Positions 18,748-28,457 of a stretch of DNA of 64,000 nucleotides are shown here, one piece after another (within the stretch, counting starts at the first letter, position 1; each line of letters opens with the position of its first letter). Under the pieces are notes generated by a model, which did no database searches, was not told the origin of the DNA, and saw only the letters and a program-made list of their open reading frames with translations. Source of the stretch: an uncultured Verrucomicrobiae bacterium (lineage in GTDB: Bacteria > Verrucomicrobiota > Verrucomicrobiia > Chthoniobacterales > UBA10450); contig CAVWPA010000003.1 in the NCBI GenBank assembly GCA_963756875.1, positions 1,664,001-1,728,000 of the forward strand, read 5' to 3'. The translations under genes were made by a program, and so were the position numbers.

Positions 18748-19245
18748 ATGCCGACGATGAGCGAAACAATCGTGATCGAGCCCGCAACCGAGATGGACTT
18801 GGACGAACTGTCCGAGATGCTCGGAGGCTTGTTCTCTCAGGAAAGCGATTTTCGCCCGGACAAAGAGAAGCAGCTCCGGGGCTTGCGGTTAATTTTCGAG
18901 CAGCCAAGCCGTGGTCGTGTCTTCGTTCTACGGCGAGACGGCGTAATTGTCGGCATGATCAATTTGCTTTTCACCATTAGCACGGCCGAGGGCGGCTTTG
19001 TCATTCTGCTCGAAGATCTGGTCGTTCATCAGCAGTTTCAGGGGCACGGCTACGGGTCGAAACTCCTCAAGCACGCCATTGAGTTCGCGAAGCAAAAGAA
19101 TTTTCTTCGCATTACTTTATTGACGGACCGGCCCGAAAACCTGGCGCAGGAATTCTTCCGGCGTCACGGCTTTGTTGAATCTTCAATGATCCCGATGCGG
19201 CTGTTGATTACGCCGGAAGGCGGGCAGCCTCAGGCAGGCTCATAG
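18748..19245 (+). CDS. GNAT family N-acetyltransferase
   Basis: LEDLVVHQQFQGHGYGSKLL acetyl-CoA motif; AQEFFRRHGF. Confidence 0.88.
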   Translation: MPTMSETIVIEPATEMDLDELSEMLGGLFSQESDFRPDKEKQLRGLRLIFEQPSRGRVFVLRRDGVIVGMINLLFTISTAEGGFVILLEDLVVHQQFQGHGYGSKLLKHAIEFAKQKNFLRITLLTDRPENLAQEFFRRHGFVESSMIPMRLLITPEGGQPQAGS

Positions 19246-19288
19246 CGTCCAAGCGGGGCGTGGCTACAGTATTATGAGAGCGCGACGT

Positions 19289-21952
19289 CTACTTCTTGTT
19301 GGCCGCATGCCCGTCCGTCCGGGCTATCACTTGCGAGGCGAGCCGGCGCTTGAATTCGGCGCGAAATTCCACTTCGTCCACCGCTTTGGCCACATCTTTC
19401 GCGCTCGTAGCCGGCAGATGAGCCTTTGCGTAGGTCTTTAGTTCGCTGGCGCGTGCCGGGTCGGAAAAGAAAACGAACAAGCCTGGCGCGTAACGGTCTG
19501 CGCCGACGGCGTCAGTCTTTGCCAGCAACGCTTTCATGTTCGCCTGCGCGAATTTCCACGCTAACTCGGGATGTTCGCTGTCTCGAGCAACTTTGCCGAC
19601 AACAAACAACGCGCGGCTGGTAGGCAGTTCGTCCGTCAGCGAGATCGGCAGAGTTTTTGCAATAAGTTTGGGGTCCCGGGCTGCTGCGAGCGCGTCATAA
19701 TAATTCTGTTTTTCTTCGCTGCTGGTGGTTTTCAAACCGAGCTCGCGCAAGGCTTCCCAGGTTGCTTCATCCGCATTGTGCCCAACAACCCATAAAACCG
19801 ACGCCCGCAAATCGGGGACGAGCGAGGTCGGATCAACAACGAACTTTTCAAATCGTTCCTTACAGCCGCTGACGATATTGTGATCGTCCAGATCGCCCAG
19901 GGCGGTAATCAAGCTGGCGCGCAGGAGGGCCGCGCGTGGAGTTTCATCCCGCTTCGGCTCCCATCCGAGCTGATCAAAGCTTGGGCGCAAAACGGAACGC
20001 GCGTACGTTTGGAATTTTTCGCGAGCTGGATTCCCAATCAGCAGCCGATTAATGTAATCGAACACGTTAATAATTTGCTCGCGCTCTGCGAGCTCATTCC
20101 CGGCGGGTAATTTTGCCACGAGTCCGAGATACGTTGCGAGCGAGAGACGGTTCGCCTGAACAAGGGCCCAAACGTCTCCCAGAAGATTGACACGGTCCGC
20201 TACGCTTAAGTTCGGCAGCGCGTCGAGTAGTAATTTCCAGGAAGCTTGATCGTATTGAACACGATAATTTCCTGCGCCGTCGACATTCAGTTTTAATGCG
20301 CGATCCGACGGGATTTCAGTAAGAGTGTCGGTCTTGGCGGTCATCAGACGGCTTTGCGGTTGGCCGTCGCCAACCACGAAATAGGTGAGGGGGATCTTCC
20401 ATTGCAAAGCAGGCGCGTTCGGAAAATGCACCGTGAACCTTTCCTGCGAGAGCGAAACGTCCTTGCCGTGGCGCTTGACTTTTACCAATGGAAATCCGGG
20501 CTGTTGCGTCCAGCCGGTAGCGATATCAGCGACCGGCTTTCCCGAGGCGGCAGCCAGGGCGTCCCACAGGTCTGCTGTTGTCGTGTTTGAGTATTTGTGC
20601 GCGGCTATGTAGCGCCGGATGCCGTCGCGGAAGGTGTCTTCGCCGAGAAAACTCTCCAACATGAGCAGGAATGCCTGGCCTTTGCGATAGGTGATGTCGT
20701 CGAAAGCGCTGTTTGCCTCCGCCTCGTTTGCCACCGGTTGCTGAATCGGGTGGGTCGTCGATCTGGCATCGCCTTCCATTTCCAATTCCTTGGAAATTCC
20801 GGTCCGCCGTGTCGGGTCGCGGGGAATGTTCTTCTGGAGCCAGACTTCCCATTGCGGATTGAAGTGTGCCGTGCACTTGGTGCCCATCCACGATGCGAAG
20901 CCTTCGTTGAGCCAAAGGTTGTCCCACCAGGCCATGGTCACCAGGTCGCCGAACCATTGGTGCGCGGTTTCGTGCGCGATCACTTCAAAAATGCGTTGGC
21001 GCGTCGCCGCGGAAGACTTTTCCGGATCGAAAAGCAATGCCGATTCGAAGTAGGTAATGCCGCCCCAGTTTTCCATCGCGCCGCCGAATCCGCCCGGAAT
21101 GGCGATTTGATCCAGCTTCGGAAGCGGATAAGGGACGCCAAAGTAATCGTTGTAATATTTCAGGATTTGAGCGGTGCTTTCGAGCGCGTAATGGCCCGAC
21201 TCGGCTTTGCCCTTGGTAGCGATGACGCGAATCTGTGTGCCGGCCGCTTTCTTTTCGATCAAATCCAGCTCACCAGCGACGAGAACGTTTAAGTAACTCG
21301 CCATCGACGGGGTCATGGCAAAGCGCACTTCTTTTCCATGCTCGGTCTTCTTCTCGGATTCGACCGGCATATTTGAAATGGCGGTCCAGTTTTCAGGGAC
21401 TACGGCGGTCAGCTGAAAGCGCGCGCGAAAACTCGGTTCGTCCCAGCATGGGAAAAATCGGCGCGCATCCGTCGCCTCGAACTGAGTGCCAAGCGCGATC
21501 TTCCTGACCCCGGTCGTCTGGTCCTGGTAATGCATGTAGAATAGACCGCGTCCCTGCTCATTGATTTTTCCGGAAAAATCGAGCGCGAGAGTATGGGCGC
21601 CGGCCGAAAGGGGAGCGGCGAGCGAGATCGTGAGAAGCTCGCGTTTGTTATCGCTTTTAATGGCGCTTTTGGAGACCGGCTTGCCATCGACGGATGCATT
21701 TGCGATCTCGATCTCGCAGGCATTTAGCACCAGATTCCGAACTGGAGCGTGTGCATCGAGCTGGACATTCTCCGTTCCAGTGAAGGTCAGCTTCTCGATG
21801 TCGGGCACCACCCTGACCGAATATTCCACCGGCACGACTTGTTTCGGCAACTTTCCCGGCGTTTTCTCGAAGTTAAACGGTTTCTCTGCTCGCATGTTTG
21901 CCGGGACGATAAGGAAAATAAGCGAAAGAGAAAAAAGATTTAGAAAACGCAC
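19289..21952 (-). CDS. M1 family aminopeptidase (PepN/ERAP-like), secreted
   Basis: GAMENWG, HETAH...WLNEG, TQFE..ARR.FPCWDEP. Confidence 0.93.
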   Translation of the reverse strand: MRFLNLFSLSLIFLIVPANMRAEKPFNFEKTPGKLPKQVVPVEYSVRVVPDIEKLTFTGTENVQLDAHAPVRNLVLNACEIEIANASVDGKPVSKSAIKSDNKRELLTISLAAPLSAGAHTLALDFSGKINEQGRGLFYMHYQDQTTGVRKIALGTQFEATDARRFFPCWDEPSFRARFQLTAVVPENWTAISNMPVESEKKTEHGKEVRFAMTPSMASYLNVLVAGELDLIEKKAAGTQIRVIATKGKAESGHYALESTAQILKYYNDYFGVPYPLPKLDQIAIPGGFGGAMENWGGITYFESALLFDPEKSSAATRQRIFEVIAHETAHQWFGDLVTMAWWDNLWLNEGFASWMGTKCTAHFNPQWEVWLQKNIPRDPTRRTGISKELEMEGDARSTTHPIQQPVANEAEANSAFDDITYRKGQAFLLMLESFLGEDTFRDGIRRYIAAHKYSNTTTADLWDALAAASGKPVADIATGWTQQPGFPLVKVKRHGKDVSLSQERFTVHFPNAPALQWKIPLTYFVVGDGQPQSRLMTAKTDTLTEIPSDRALKLNVDGAGNYRVQYDQASWKLLLDALPNLSVADRVNLLGDVWALVQANRLSLATYLGLVAKLPAGNELAEREQIINVFDYINRLLIGNPAREKFQTYARSVLRPSFDQLGWEPKRDETPRAALLRASLITALGDLDDHNIVSGCKERFEKFVVDPTSLVPDLRASVLWVVGHNADEATWEALRELGLKTTSSEEKQNYYDALAAARDPKLIAKTLPISLTDELPTSRALFVVGKVARDSEHPELAWKFAQANMKALLAKTDAVGADRYAPGLFVFFSDPARASELKTYAKAHLPATSAKDVAKAVDEVEFRAEFKRRLASQVIARTDGHAANKK

Positions 21953-22022
21953 GCGTCCATTAAACAGTGTGTGTGGAATTTTGCAGCCGGAAAAGGATTC
22001 CCTTTTTGCATCACGCAGATTC

Positions 22023-22066
22023 TGTAGAGGCCGCCGAAGCGGACGCAGCAGCGCGACGTCTCTACC
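22023..22066. repeat. Short GTAG-bounded inverted element
   Basis: TGTAGAGGCCGCCG...GCGACGTCTCTACC. Confidence 0.5.
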
Positions 22067-22081
22067 ACGACCCCGGCGCGG

Positions 22082-22636
22082 TTAAGGCAGGAGATCTCGA
22101 ATCGCGCGGGACATGTGGTGCCAGGCATCGGCAAAGTCGTGGGTTTCATGGCGCGCATGACGATGGCGGCTCGAAGCCCCTGCGCTTTTCCCGCCATCGA
22201 TCATGAGCACGAGCAATAACTGACCGTCGCCGATGAGTGGTCCTTTGATCACGAGAGGGCTTTGTTTGCCGAGCTTTGTGTCCCACTCCAGAAGAAGTTC
22301 GTTTTTCTTGTAAAGCTTGAGATTCAACAGGTAGCCGGACTTCTCCTCGCCGCGCGCATCGACATGCAAGGAAAAGTACTTGCTCGATGCCAGCCAGTCT
22401 TCTTCACCTGTTTTTAATCTTTTCCGAGATTGGCCGATGATCTGGAACTGATTGTAACCAAACAGGTCCTTTAGCGTTTGCTCGATGGGAACGAGCTCCG
22501 GCGGGACTGGTGCGGGATGCTCAACATTGTGAGCAATGATCAAGCCGCTCCAAACGCTTTGCGCGGCCCTGGCGGCAGGCGCCACGTTCACCGCTAACGC
22601 GAGCAGAGCAGTGACGTAGAGAGCGCCATTTCGCAT
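22082..22636 (-). CDS. Secreted hypothetical protein in ECF operon
   Basis: Signal peptide; 6 nt after the anti-sigma gene. Confidence 0.7.
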   Translation of the reverse strand: MRNGALYVTALLALAVNVAPAARAAQSVWSGLIIAHNVEHPAPVPPELVPIEQTLKDLFGYNQFQIIGQSRKRLKTGEEDWLASSKYFSLHVDARGEEKSGYLLNLKLYKKNELLLEWDTKLGKQSPLVIKGPLIGDGQLLLVLMIDGGKSAGASSRHRHARHETHDFADAWHHMSRAIRDLLP

Positions 22637-22642
22637 GGGGCG

Positions 22643-23155
22643 TTATTTTGCTGCGTAATCGGCAGGCAACGACTGCAATCCCTCGACCCACAGCACGGTA
22701 ACCTTGTCGTTCTTTGTCTCGAACACCGTCGTTGTGGCATTTGGACTGACGACCGGGTCCACTTTGGCGTTGAGAATCTGCGTAAGATATGGCGATGGCT
22801 TGTCAGGGGCTGCCTCGCGCATCACGAAAAACGTGAAGACGGCAAAAATGGCGAGGGAAGTCGCACCGGCCCAGGCCATTCTGGGAAGGCTCCACCATCT
22901 TGCTCTTCCCGCTGGTCGACCCTGCGCGGCAGTGGCGCAAGCGATGCGTTCGTGCAGTTGATGACTAAAAAATTCTTCATTCTGCAGCACCTGCGCGCCC
23001 AGTTCCTTCTTCAACAATGCGCCAAGCTTCTGCGCATCCCGCTTCTCAGCGTCAGCCGCAGCCTTGTCCTGCATCGAAGCCTCAAACTCGATGAGTTCCT
23101 TGCCTGCTAACTGGCCGTCCAGCCAGGCAGTCCACTTTTCTTCAAACGTTTTCAT
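22643..23155 (-). CDS. Putative anti-sigma factor
   Basis: N-terminal AWLDGQL, central TM helix, overlaps the sigma gene end. Confidence 0.7.
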   Translation of the reverse strand: MKTFEEKWTAWLDGQLAGKELIEFEASMQDKAAADAEKRDAQKLGALLKKELGAQVLQNEEFFSHQLHERIACATAAQGRPAGRARWWSLPRMAWAGATSLAIFAVFTFFVMREAAPDKPSPYLTQILNAKVDPVVSPNATTTVFETKNDKVTVLWVEGLQSLPADYAAK

Positions 23156-23753
23156 AAACGTCTCTCAGTAGATTTTGTAATTTCTTCCGAGCATAAAAAA
23201 GGCGCGACATCACGGTGCCAATCGAGCAATCGAGGGTCTCCGCAATCTCGTGATATTGCATTCCCTCGATTTCCTTCATCAGGATGACTGCGCGGTGCTC
23301 GGGCGACAGTTGTGAAATTGCCTGGTCGATCCGAGCCCGGATTTCAGCTCGTTCCATGTGCTGATGGGGCAGGGGGTCGTCCTTTGGAACGGTCCGGGAA
23401 GCCGGATCGATTTCCGTTAATTGGATGGCATCGTCAAACTCAGTGCCCGCACCTTTCACCTGTTTCTTTCGCAACCAATCGATCGTCACGTTCATCACGA
23501 TCCGGTAAATCCAGGTGTAAAAAGAAGAACGTCCGCGGAAACGTTTGATCGACTTCCAGGCTTTGACAAAACTCTCCTGCGCCAGGTCCCAGGCGTCCTG
23601 CTCGTTATGGACCATATTATAAATCATGGCGAAAACTCGGGTTCGGTAGCGGACTACGAGCTCGTCGAATGCCTCAGTCTGGCCGGCCTTACATCGCCTC
23701 ACCAATTCCAGCTCTGGTACATCGGGTTGAGCCAGAGTCGCTTCCGTTTGCAT
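23142..23753 (-). CDS. ECF RNA polymerase sigma factor (RpoE-like)
   Basis: AFDELVVRY, DLAQESFVKAW, FYTWIYRI, YHEIAETLDCSIGTVMSRL. Confidence 0.93.
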   Translation of the reverse strand: MQTEATLAQPDVPELELVRRCKAGQTEAFDELVVRYRTRVFAMIYNMVHNEQDAWDLAQESFVKAWKSIKRFRGRSSFYTWIYRIVMNVTIDWLRKKQVKGAGTEFDDAIQLTEIDPASRTVPKDDPLPHQHMERAEIRARIDQAISQLSPEHRAVILMKEIEGMQYHEIAETLDCSIGTVMSRLFYARKKLQNLLRDVYENV

Positions 23754-23781
23754 AATTGGACGGAATCGACAGCGATTTCAT

Positions 23782-24460
23782 TCAACTCCGGAAACCGCCG
23801 GAGCCGAAGCGGCGTCGCCATTCGCCGCGATATTCTCCCATCAGCGAGATGATGCCATCTCGGACCTGAAAAAGGCGTTGCTGGAGGGTGGAGTACCTGG
23901 GCGATGACGATCAGCTTGTCGGAGAGGAGTTTAGCGGCAGCGTCCATAGATACCGTAATCGCCTTCAAGGCCCGTTTTAAATACGCGATCGTCATTCCGA
24001 TCTCATCGACATCGTCGTCGCTTAACGCAGCGGCCAGTTTTGCGCTGGCCAGCGCGGCATGAGTAGCCAACTTGACCGCCGACGGCTCATTTTGCAGCGA
24101 CGGATCCTGGTCGAAGAGCTTGTCGATCCACACCGTGAGGGCAAAAGCCGAACGATAAAGATTATGGTCTTCGAAAGTCGAAGTCACCCAGTTCTTTTGC
24201 TCCTCGTCAGCCGATTCGTCTTCATCATTCGAGCGCCAGTCTTCCTTCATCAAGGCATCGACTTCTTCGCTCCAGTCCTTGCTATCGGTTACCTGGGACC
24301 AACCCATTTCGCGGGCGATGATTTCGTCCCGCTGCGGATCGTCCAGATATTTTTCCAGCAGCTCCATGTATTTCTCCGTCTTCTGGTCCTGCTGTTGGAG
24401 AAAGCGCTCCCAATCGTATTCGTCCCACACTTTTTCGGGATCGCGATCGAAGTCGGGCAT
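23782..24460 (-). CDS. Acidic hypothetical protein with four-helix-bundle-like C-terminal half (apparent +1 frameshift at about 23897)
   Basis: Removing one base in AGTACCTG restores ...IAQYSTLQQRLFQVRDGIISLMGEYRGEWRRRFGSGGFRS* and removes the overlap with the sigma gene. Confidence 0.7.
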
Positions 24461-24511
24461 AACCCGACTAAAGGCAACTTCTCCGTGCGCGCAAAAGGTT
24501 TTGTCTTGTAT

Positions 24512-24535
24512 TGTAGCGGCGGTCTATGACCGTCG
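24512..24535. repeat. GTAG REP
   Basis: TGTAGCGGCGGTCTATGACCGTCG. Confidence 0.85.
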
Positions 24536-24612
24536 ATCTTTCCGACGCATGGCGTCGGGATTTCGAATTTGCAGGTGGCGTCTAGCCGATTCCCGCGCTC
24601 ACAGAGGTCTCC

Positions 24613-24678
24613 TGTAGCCACCGCCCTGTGGGCGGTTTTCCAGCGCGTTGAATGACGGCCCACAGGGCCGTGGCTACA
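24613..24678. repeat. Inverted GTAG REP doublet containing the rlmN stop codon
   Basis: TGTAGCCACCGCCCTGTGGGCGGT ... GACGGCCCACAGGGCCGTGGCTACA. Confidence 0.8.
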
Positions 24679-25756
24679 GCGCACGCGCTTCTTCGCGCTT
24701 GGTTTGTAATCGCAATTGGCCGCAGGCGGCATCGATATCGTGCCCTTTTTCGCGGCGAAGCGTGGCTGGAACTTTGCCTGCGCGCAGGATCGACAGGAAT
24801 TTTTCCTGGCGATTTCGCGAGGGACGCGTCCATGGCAGACCGTGCACGGTGTTGTAGGGAATCAAATTTACCTTTGCCGAGAGCCGCCGCGCATGTCTCG
24901 CGAGCAGATGCGCCTGATCGTCGGAATCGTTTACGCCTTCGATCAAAATGTATTCGAAGGTAAGCCGCTGCTTCTTTTTGCTGTTGAAATACCCGCACGC
25001 CGCAAACAACGTATCGAGATTGTAGCGTCGGTTGACCGGCATGATCTGATTGCGTACTGCGTCGGTTGCGCCATGAAGCGAAACTGCGAGGCGGATTTGG
25101 AGTGGTTGATCGGCGAGCTTGCGAATCTGTGGCACGAGGCCACTGGTGGAGACCGTAATGTGCCGGGCGCCAATGCCCAGTCCCCATGGTGCGTTGATAA
25201 TGCAAATCGCACGAATCAGGTTGTCGAAATTGGCGAGTGGCTCACCCATTCCCATGAAAACGATGTTGTCGATCTTCTCCTCGCACTCTCGTTCGACCGC
25301 GATAATCTGATCGACAATTTCGTTCGCGCGCAGGTTGCGTATGAATCCTTCCAGGCCGCTTGCGCAAAATTTGCAGCCATAAGCGCAGCCTACCTGGGTT
25401 GAGACGCAAATGGTGCGGCGATCCGATTTTTCTCCGTAAAGCGCCGGGGAGGCCGGGATCAAGACTGATTCGATCAGATTTCCGTCGCCGAGCCTGAAGA
25501 GAAACTTGCGCGTTGTGTCTCGCGACCCCAGGACGCGAACGACATCGATTTTGGTGAAGGGAAATTCGTGGGCGAGCCGTAGACGCAAATCGCGCGATAG
25601 ATCGCTCATTTCGTCAAACGATTTTGCCCGTTTGCGATAAAGCCAGTCCGTGATTTGGCGGGCGCGATAAGCCGGCTCGCCGAGTTTGTGAAGCGTTTTC
25701 TGCAATTCATCAAACTCCAGAGACTTGATGTCGGTCTTTTCCGGTCTCGTCGCCAC
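24674..25756 (-). CDS. rlmN: 23S rRNA (adenine2503-C2)-methyltransferase RlmN
   Basis: CAYGCKFC radical SAM motif, MGMGEP, DIDAACGQL. Confidence 0.95.
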   Translation of the reverse strand: MATRPEKTDIKSLEFDELQKTLHKLGEPAYRARQITDWLYRKRAKSFDEMSDLSRDLRLRLAHEFPFTKIDVVRVLGSRDTTRKFLFRLGDGNLIESVLIPASPALYGEKSDRRTICVSTQVGCAYGCKFCASGLEGFIRNLRANEIVDQIIAVERECEEKIDNIVFMGMGEPLANFDNLIRAICIINAPWGLGIGARHITVSTSGLVPQIRKLADQPLQIRLAVSLHGATDAVRNQIMPVNRRYNLDTLFAACGYFNSKKKQRLTFEYILIEGVNDSDDQAHLLARHARRLSAKVNLIPYNTVHGLPWTRPSRNRQEKFLSILRAGKVPATLRREKGHDIDAACGQLRLQTKREEARAL

Positions 25757-25982
25757 GCTGCAGCTTAGGGGCGCGGCGGTCCTGCTTCAAACGTGCGGCT
25801 ACTCAGCTTGGGAGGGATGGGCGCAAAGCCCCCCCACCCGGCGCTTTGCGTCGAGGAAGAGGATCGAGGTGAGGGCTGGCTATCCAAGATTGCAACTGAA
25901 GATTGACCGACACGACCCAAACCCGCACCGGCACTGGTTTTTCAGTGGAGAAATGCCAAATGATGATTACCTTTGGCGAACG

Positions 25983-26171
25983 ATGAGACATCTTCTTGTC
26001 CGTGTTATTTTGCTTGCTGCCTTTGCAGTTCTCCTTGGAGCCTGCGCTTCGACGGAATCAGGAACCGTCACCGAGGATTCGGCTGGAACTGTTCCCGGGG
26101 AAAGGGCTGGGGAAGGCACTATAACGCCTGGCATGTCTGCGACCGGTCCAAGCGCGAGCGTTGGCTGGTAG
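25983..26171 (+). CDS. Small lipoprotein (62 aa)
   Basis: MRHLLVRVILLAAFAVLLGAC lipobox; Gly/Thr-rich mature part ending in W. Confidence 0.7.
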   Translation: MRHLLVRVILLAAFAVLLGACASTESGTVTEDSAGTVPGERAGEGTITPGMSATGPSASVGW

Positions 26172-26261
26172 TTCGAAGACGGCGGCGTTCCTGCTTTCGT
26201 CCCGCGCGGGCGCGCCAATTTCTGCTTGATCGCCCGGTAAGACCGGGAACTATCTGCGCCG

Positions 26262-27002
26262 ATGCAAAAATCGCGGACGCCGCTCATGATTGGCTGGGAA
26301 GCAGCGCGCGCGAACGCCGCGCCCGCCCTGATTATTCAGGCGGCGATGCTGGGACTGCTGGTCGCATTCTACGCGAGTCCTGCAGCTTCGGATGCGCTGA
26401 ACAGATTGGCTGAATTGAAGCGCACGCTCGGCTGGCCGTTTGTATTCCTGGCATCGATCACGGCCGGTGCGCTCATCCCCGAGATTTTTCTGATTTTGTT
26501 TTTCCAGAGTGGGAAGCCCGGACTGCAAAATCTCCGAAACCTGATGTTTACGATTCCGATTTGGGGCTTTGACGGGACGCTTGTCGATCTGTTGTACCGC
26601 GGCGAAGCGGCCTTATTGGGCGATGTCGTGACCTTGCCGGTGGTGGTTGCAAAAATCTGTATCGATCAGTTCGGTTACAACGTCCTTTTCGCCGCGCCCT
26701 TTGGCGTGCTTGCTTACGAATGGAAAAACAGCGGAATTTCCACACGCCCCGTGCGCGACCTTTTTACCTGGCAACATTACCGCGACAAAATCGTCCCGAC
26801 ATTGCTCGCGACGTGGGCGGTTTGGATTCCGCTCATGGCGATCATTTATTCTCTGCCTCTGGTCCTCCAATTTGTGCTCTTCGGGCTCGCGCTCTCGTTT
26901 TGGGTCCTCCTTTTGACCTACATGACGAACCGATTTGCGGGAAAAGTCGAAGCCGATGCGCCGCTGGCGCCGGCGACCACGGATTGTAGCGGCGGTCTAT
27001 GA
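26262..27002 (+). CDS. Membrane protein, possibly Mpv17/PMP22-like
   Basis: Multi-TM; KICIDQFGY and WAVWIP motifs. Confidence 0.6.
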   Translation: MQKSRTPLMIGWEAARANAAPALIIQAAMLGLLVAFYASPAASDALNRLAELKRTLGWPFVFLASITAGALIPEIFLILFFQSGKPGLQNLRNLMFTIPIWGFDGTLVDLLYRGEAALLGDVVTLPVVVAKICIDQFGYNVLFAAPFGVLAYEWKNSGISTRPVRDLFTWQHYRDKIVPTLLATWAVWIPLMAIIYSLPLVLQFVLFGLALSFWVLLLTYMTNRFAGKVEADAPLAPATTDCSGGL

Positions 27003-27076
27003 CCGTCGGATGAAATTAAGTGCGAGGCTCATCCGCCTCCGTCAGAATACGGCGCGACAGGTAGAGCGCCGCTACA
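26985..27076. repeat. Inverted GTAG REP doublet carrying both convergent stop codons
   Basis: TGTAGCGGCGGTCTATGACCGTCG ... AGAGCGCCGCTACA; TGA at 27000-27002 and minus-strand TAG at 27072-27074. Confidence 0.8.
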
Positions 27077-27848
27077 GGAGAAAGTGTCTCAGCGATTCAT
27101 GAACACCTGCGCCGTGTTCGCGTTCGGCAACGTAACCACCGGCGTCACGAACGGCTTCTTTCACTTCAGGAATTGCGTTGCCCGGGCATGACGGCATCGC
27201 TGCCGATTTTCCATTTAACATGGAGATATCGTTGTGATGATCGCCGGCGGCGAAAATGTTTTCGCGCGGGATGTCGATCAGGCGCGCGAGCTCGCCCAAA
27301 GCGGCGCCTTTGTGGTAATCCGAGTGACAAAATCGAAGGTAAACCGTGTTGCGCTGGTAATTGAACTTGGGATGCTTCACGCGCGCCTGCTCAATGAATT
27401 CAGTAATCCGCTTCATCTCTTCGTCGTTTTCGGCGATCAGACCTTCCAGACCCGCGGAATGATAAATCAGACGCGCCTTTGTCTCTTGCGTCACGAAGTC
27501 GACCACCTCCGCGAGAACAGATTGAGCGGAGTGAAAAAGAGCAGTGTGCTCGCGCTCGCACCGCTCATTCCAATCGCCGAAAGGCTCCCACTTTTCGCCA
27601 TTTTCGCCGGGCCGGAAAACATGTCGCTCGCTGGTGAGAATGAAATCAGGGTGAATCGGAAACGAAAAATCGCTCAGGCCGGATTCGAGAAGATCGACCG
27701 AACGGCCGGTATTGATGGCGAAGAGAGCGCCGTCGCGCTGCAATTCGCCAATGAACTCCAGGCAAGGCGCGTTCAGCACCGGCTCGCTCACGCGCGAAAC
27801 GAGGGTGCCGTCAAAATCGATGCTGAGAAGCCGGATGTTTGTGGACAT
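27072..27848 (-). CDS. HAD-superfamily hydrolase (Cof/subfamily IIB-like)
   Basis: DFDGTL, TGR, KGAAL, GDHHNDISML. Confidence 0.88.
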   Translation of the reverse strand: MSTNIRLLSIDFDGTLVSRVSEPVLNAPCLEFIGELQRDGALFAINTGRSVDLLESGLSDFSFPIHPDFILTSERHVFRPGENGEKWEPFGDWNERCEREHTALFHSAQSVLAEVVDFVTQETKARLIYHSAGLEGLIAENDEEMKRITEFIEQARVKHPKFNYQRNTVYLRFCHSDYHKGAALGELARLIDIPRENIFAAGDHHNDISMLNGKSAAMPSCPGNAIPEVKEAVRDAGGYVAEREHGAGVHESLRHFLL

Positions 27849-27887
27849 CGAACTGGCTAATTTAGAAATCCATCGGGTGAATGCAAT

Positions 27888-27939
27888 GGTAGGGATGCCG
27901 CGCTGCGGCGTCCGGACAGCGCAGCGCGCTGTCCCTACC
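27888..27939. repeat. GGTAG REP doublet
   Basis: GGTAGGGATGCCGCGCTGCGGCGTCC-GGACAGCGCAGCGCGCTGTCCCTACC; near-identical reverse copy at 41501-41553. Confidence 0.85.
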
Positions 27940-28014
27940 AGCGCCTCCCGGCGCTAGATGGAAATCATGAGCGCCTGGACAAGGCAGGACGCCGTTTCTA
28001 CCTTAACGTTGAGA

Positions 28015-28305
28015 ATGAAATCGGCTTATGAACTGGCGATGGAGCGGTTGCAGAAGAACCAGCCGAGCGTTGCGTTGACGGAAGAACAGAAAAAGCAGCT
28101 CGCGGAGATTGATTCCACGTTCAAGGCAAAGATCGCGGAACGGGAGCTTTTTCTGAAGGACGAAATCCGAAAGGCGCAGGTTGGTGGTAAATTGGAGGAG
28201 ACGGAAGCGTTGGAAAAACAGCTCGTCTCGGAGATTCGCCGATTAAACGGAGATTGCGAGGCGAAGAAGGAGAAGGTAAGGGCGAATTTCGGGAAGAAAT
28301 TGTAG
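28015..28305 (+). CDS. Hypothetical coiled-coil protein
   Basis: MKSAYELAMERL...; helical, charged, 96 aa. Confidence 0.75.
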   Translation: MKSAYELAMERLQKNQPSVALTEEQKKQLAEIDSTFKAKIAERELFLKDEIRKAQVGGKLEETEALEKQLVSEIRRLNGDCEAKKEKVRANFGKKL

Positions 28306-28361
28306 GGCAAGCGCTCCGCTTGCCTGTTTCGTAGAGCGACAGGCGGTGCGCCTGCCCTACA
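28301..28361. repeat. GTAG REP doublet containing the upstream stop codon
   Basis: TGTAGGGCAAGCGCTCCGCTTGCC ... CAGGCGGTGCGCCTGCCCTACA; same family as 48349-48407. Confidence 0.85.
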
Positions 28362-28457
28362 ACGGCTGCCGGGGTTGCACATCCGCGCAGCGCTTCCCAG
28401 AGGGAAGCGGCTACAGTTTTAGCGGCGCCGGTGGAACGCGCAGTCCCTTGCGCGTTG

